Assembly (NCBI GenBank): GCA_019358915.1 | Contig: JAHHIM010000018.1 | Coordinates: 1 to 64,000, forward strand | Source: Trichormus sp. ATA11-4-KO1 | Lineage (GTDB): Bacteria; Cyanobacteriota; Cyanobacteriia; Cyanobacteriales; Nostocaceae | Direction of reading: 5' to 3' | DNA: 64,000 bases | In this document: one piece after another, positions 63,159-64,000 of the stretch | How positions within the stretch are numbered: the first letter of the stretch is position 1 | Layout: every line of letters starts with the position of its first letter | The notes under the pieces: generated by a model | Databases searched by the model: none | What the model saw: only the letters and a program-made list of their open reading frames with translations | Told to the model about the DNA's origin: nothing | Translations under genes and position numbers: made by a program

Positions 63159-63827
63159 TTATAATCCCAAGCGGTAACCTATGCCTCTAACTGTTTCAAT
63201 AAACTTATTACCTAGCTTCTTGCGGAGATAACCCACATAGACATCAACAATGTTATTGCCAGGATCATAGTTGTAACCCCAAACATGACTAAGAAGTTGT
63301 TCTCTACTCAGAACTTGTGCTGGATGACGCAGAAAAGTTTCCGCTAAAGTAAATTCGCGGGCAGATAATTCAATGCAGCGATCGCCTACTTTTACTTTAC
63401 GAGTACGCAGGTCAAGCACAATATCGGTGGTACTAAGAATCATCTCATCTGGGGAATAAGACGAGCGGCGATCGCGCAACCGTACACGCGCCCTTGCTAA
63501 CAATTCTTCAAATCGAAATGGTTTAGTCACATAATCATCGGCACCTCTTTCAAAGCCGTTGACTTTATCTTTCACATTGTCATGTACAGTCAAAACAATG
63601 ATTGGTAATTGCTCCCCTTGTCCACGCAATTCTTCTAATACCGTCCAGCCATCTTTTCCAGGAAGACCAATGTCAAGGATGAGTAGGTCAAAATTACCAC
63701 TACTAACCATAACAATAGCTTCCTCACCGTCCTTGGCTACAGTAGTGGTAAAGCCATGAGCCTTGAACCCTTTTTCCAGAAACTTGGCAATGCGGGATTC
63801 ATCTTCAGCGATCAGAATTCTATTCAT
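63159..63827 (-). CDS. OmpR-family response regulator
   Basis: Receiver domain (AEDE, ILDIGLP, KPF) plus winged helix (VDVYVGYLRKKL, TVRGIGY). Confidence 0.95.
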   Translation of the reverse strand: MNRILIAEDESRIAKFLEKGFKAHGFTTTVAKDGEEAIVMVSSGNFDLLILDIGLPGKDGWTVLEELRGQGEQLPIIVLTVHDNVKDKVNGFERGADDYVTKPFRFEELLARARVRLRDRRSSYSPDEMILSTTDIVLDLRTRKVKVGDRCIELSAREFTLAETFLRHPAQVLSREQLLSHVWGYNYDPGNNIVDVYVGYLRKKLGNKFIETVRGIGYRLGL

Positions 63828-64000
63828 GCAGTAAAAGCTCCTCTTGCGGTGGTTCTATAGGAAGGACTAGAGTAAAAGTCGATCCACCCATGGGGCGACT
63901 GAAAAGTCTGACTGTTCCGCCGTGAGCAATAGCGATCGCTTTGACAATTGCCAATCCCAAACCAGCACCATCAGAACGGCGACCACTCGAACCACGCGCA
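63820..64000 (-). CDS. Sensor histidine kinase, C-terminal end (partial)
   Basis: ...DGAGLGLAIVKAIAIAHGGTV...GSTFTLVLP...HE*; it overlaps the regulator start. Confidence 0.88.
   Translation of the reverse strand, partial: ARGSSGRRSDGAGLGLAIVKAIAIAHGGTVRLFSRPMGGSTFTLVLPIEPPQEELLLHE

Overview
A 64-kb window of a filamentous (Nostocales-type) cyanobacterial chromosome. The assignment rests on very frequent HIP1 GCGATCGC sites, heptameric STRR repeats, and the genes pex, ccb1, tocopherol cyclase and ycf46. Most of the window is core genes: plsC, tRNA-Arg(CCT), aat, rpsN-nth-rseP, serS, sbcC, an AGT-family aminotransferase, mnmE and a bchH-like gene. Four accessory zones stand out. (1) 0-6.7 kb: a decayed siderophore-uptake locus, a vapBC pair bracketed by a 143-bp duplication of an Rpn gene tail, and a heterodimeric ABC transporter. 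(2) 16.4-22.3 kb: a co-oriented cassette-like island between serS and rseP. It carries TA modules (two toxins and one antitoxin inactivated), a class D beta-lactamase, a methyltransferase, a deleted phosphotransferase, MITEs, HIP1-inserted 21-nt elements and an attC-like hairpin. (3) 49.5-50.25 kb: a CRISPR array (37-bp repeat, 10 spacers) with no cas genes in the window; its last repeat is split by a small insertion. (4) 57.9-64 kb: an uncharacterised operon downstream of a two-component pair (DUF1611-like P-loop protein, ABC exporter, secreted beta-helix protein, porin). Candidate non-coding elements are a structured leader with a terminator upstream of the aminotransferase and a short terminator-bounded RNA divergent from bchH. 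All family assignments come from motif recognition; no database search was run.
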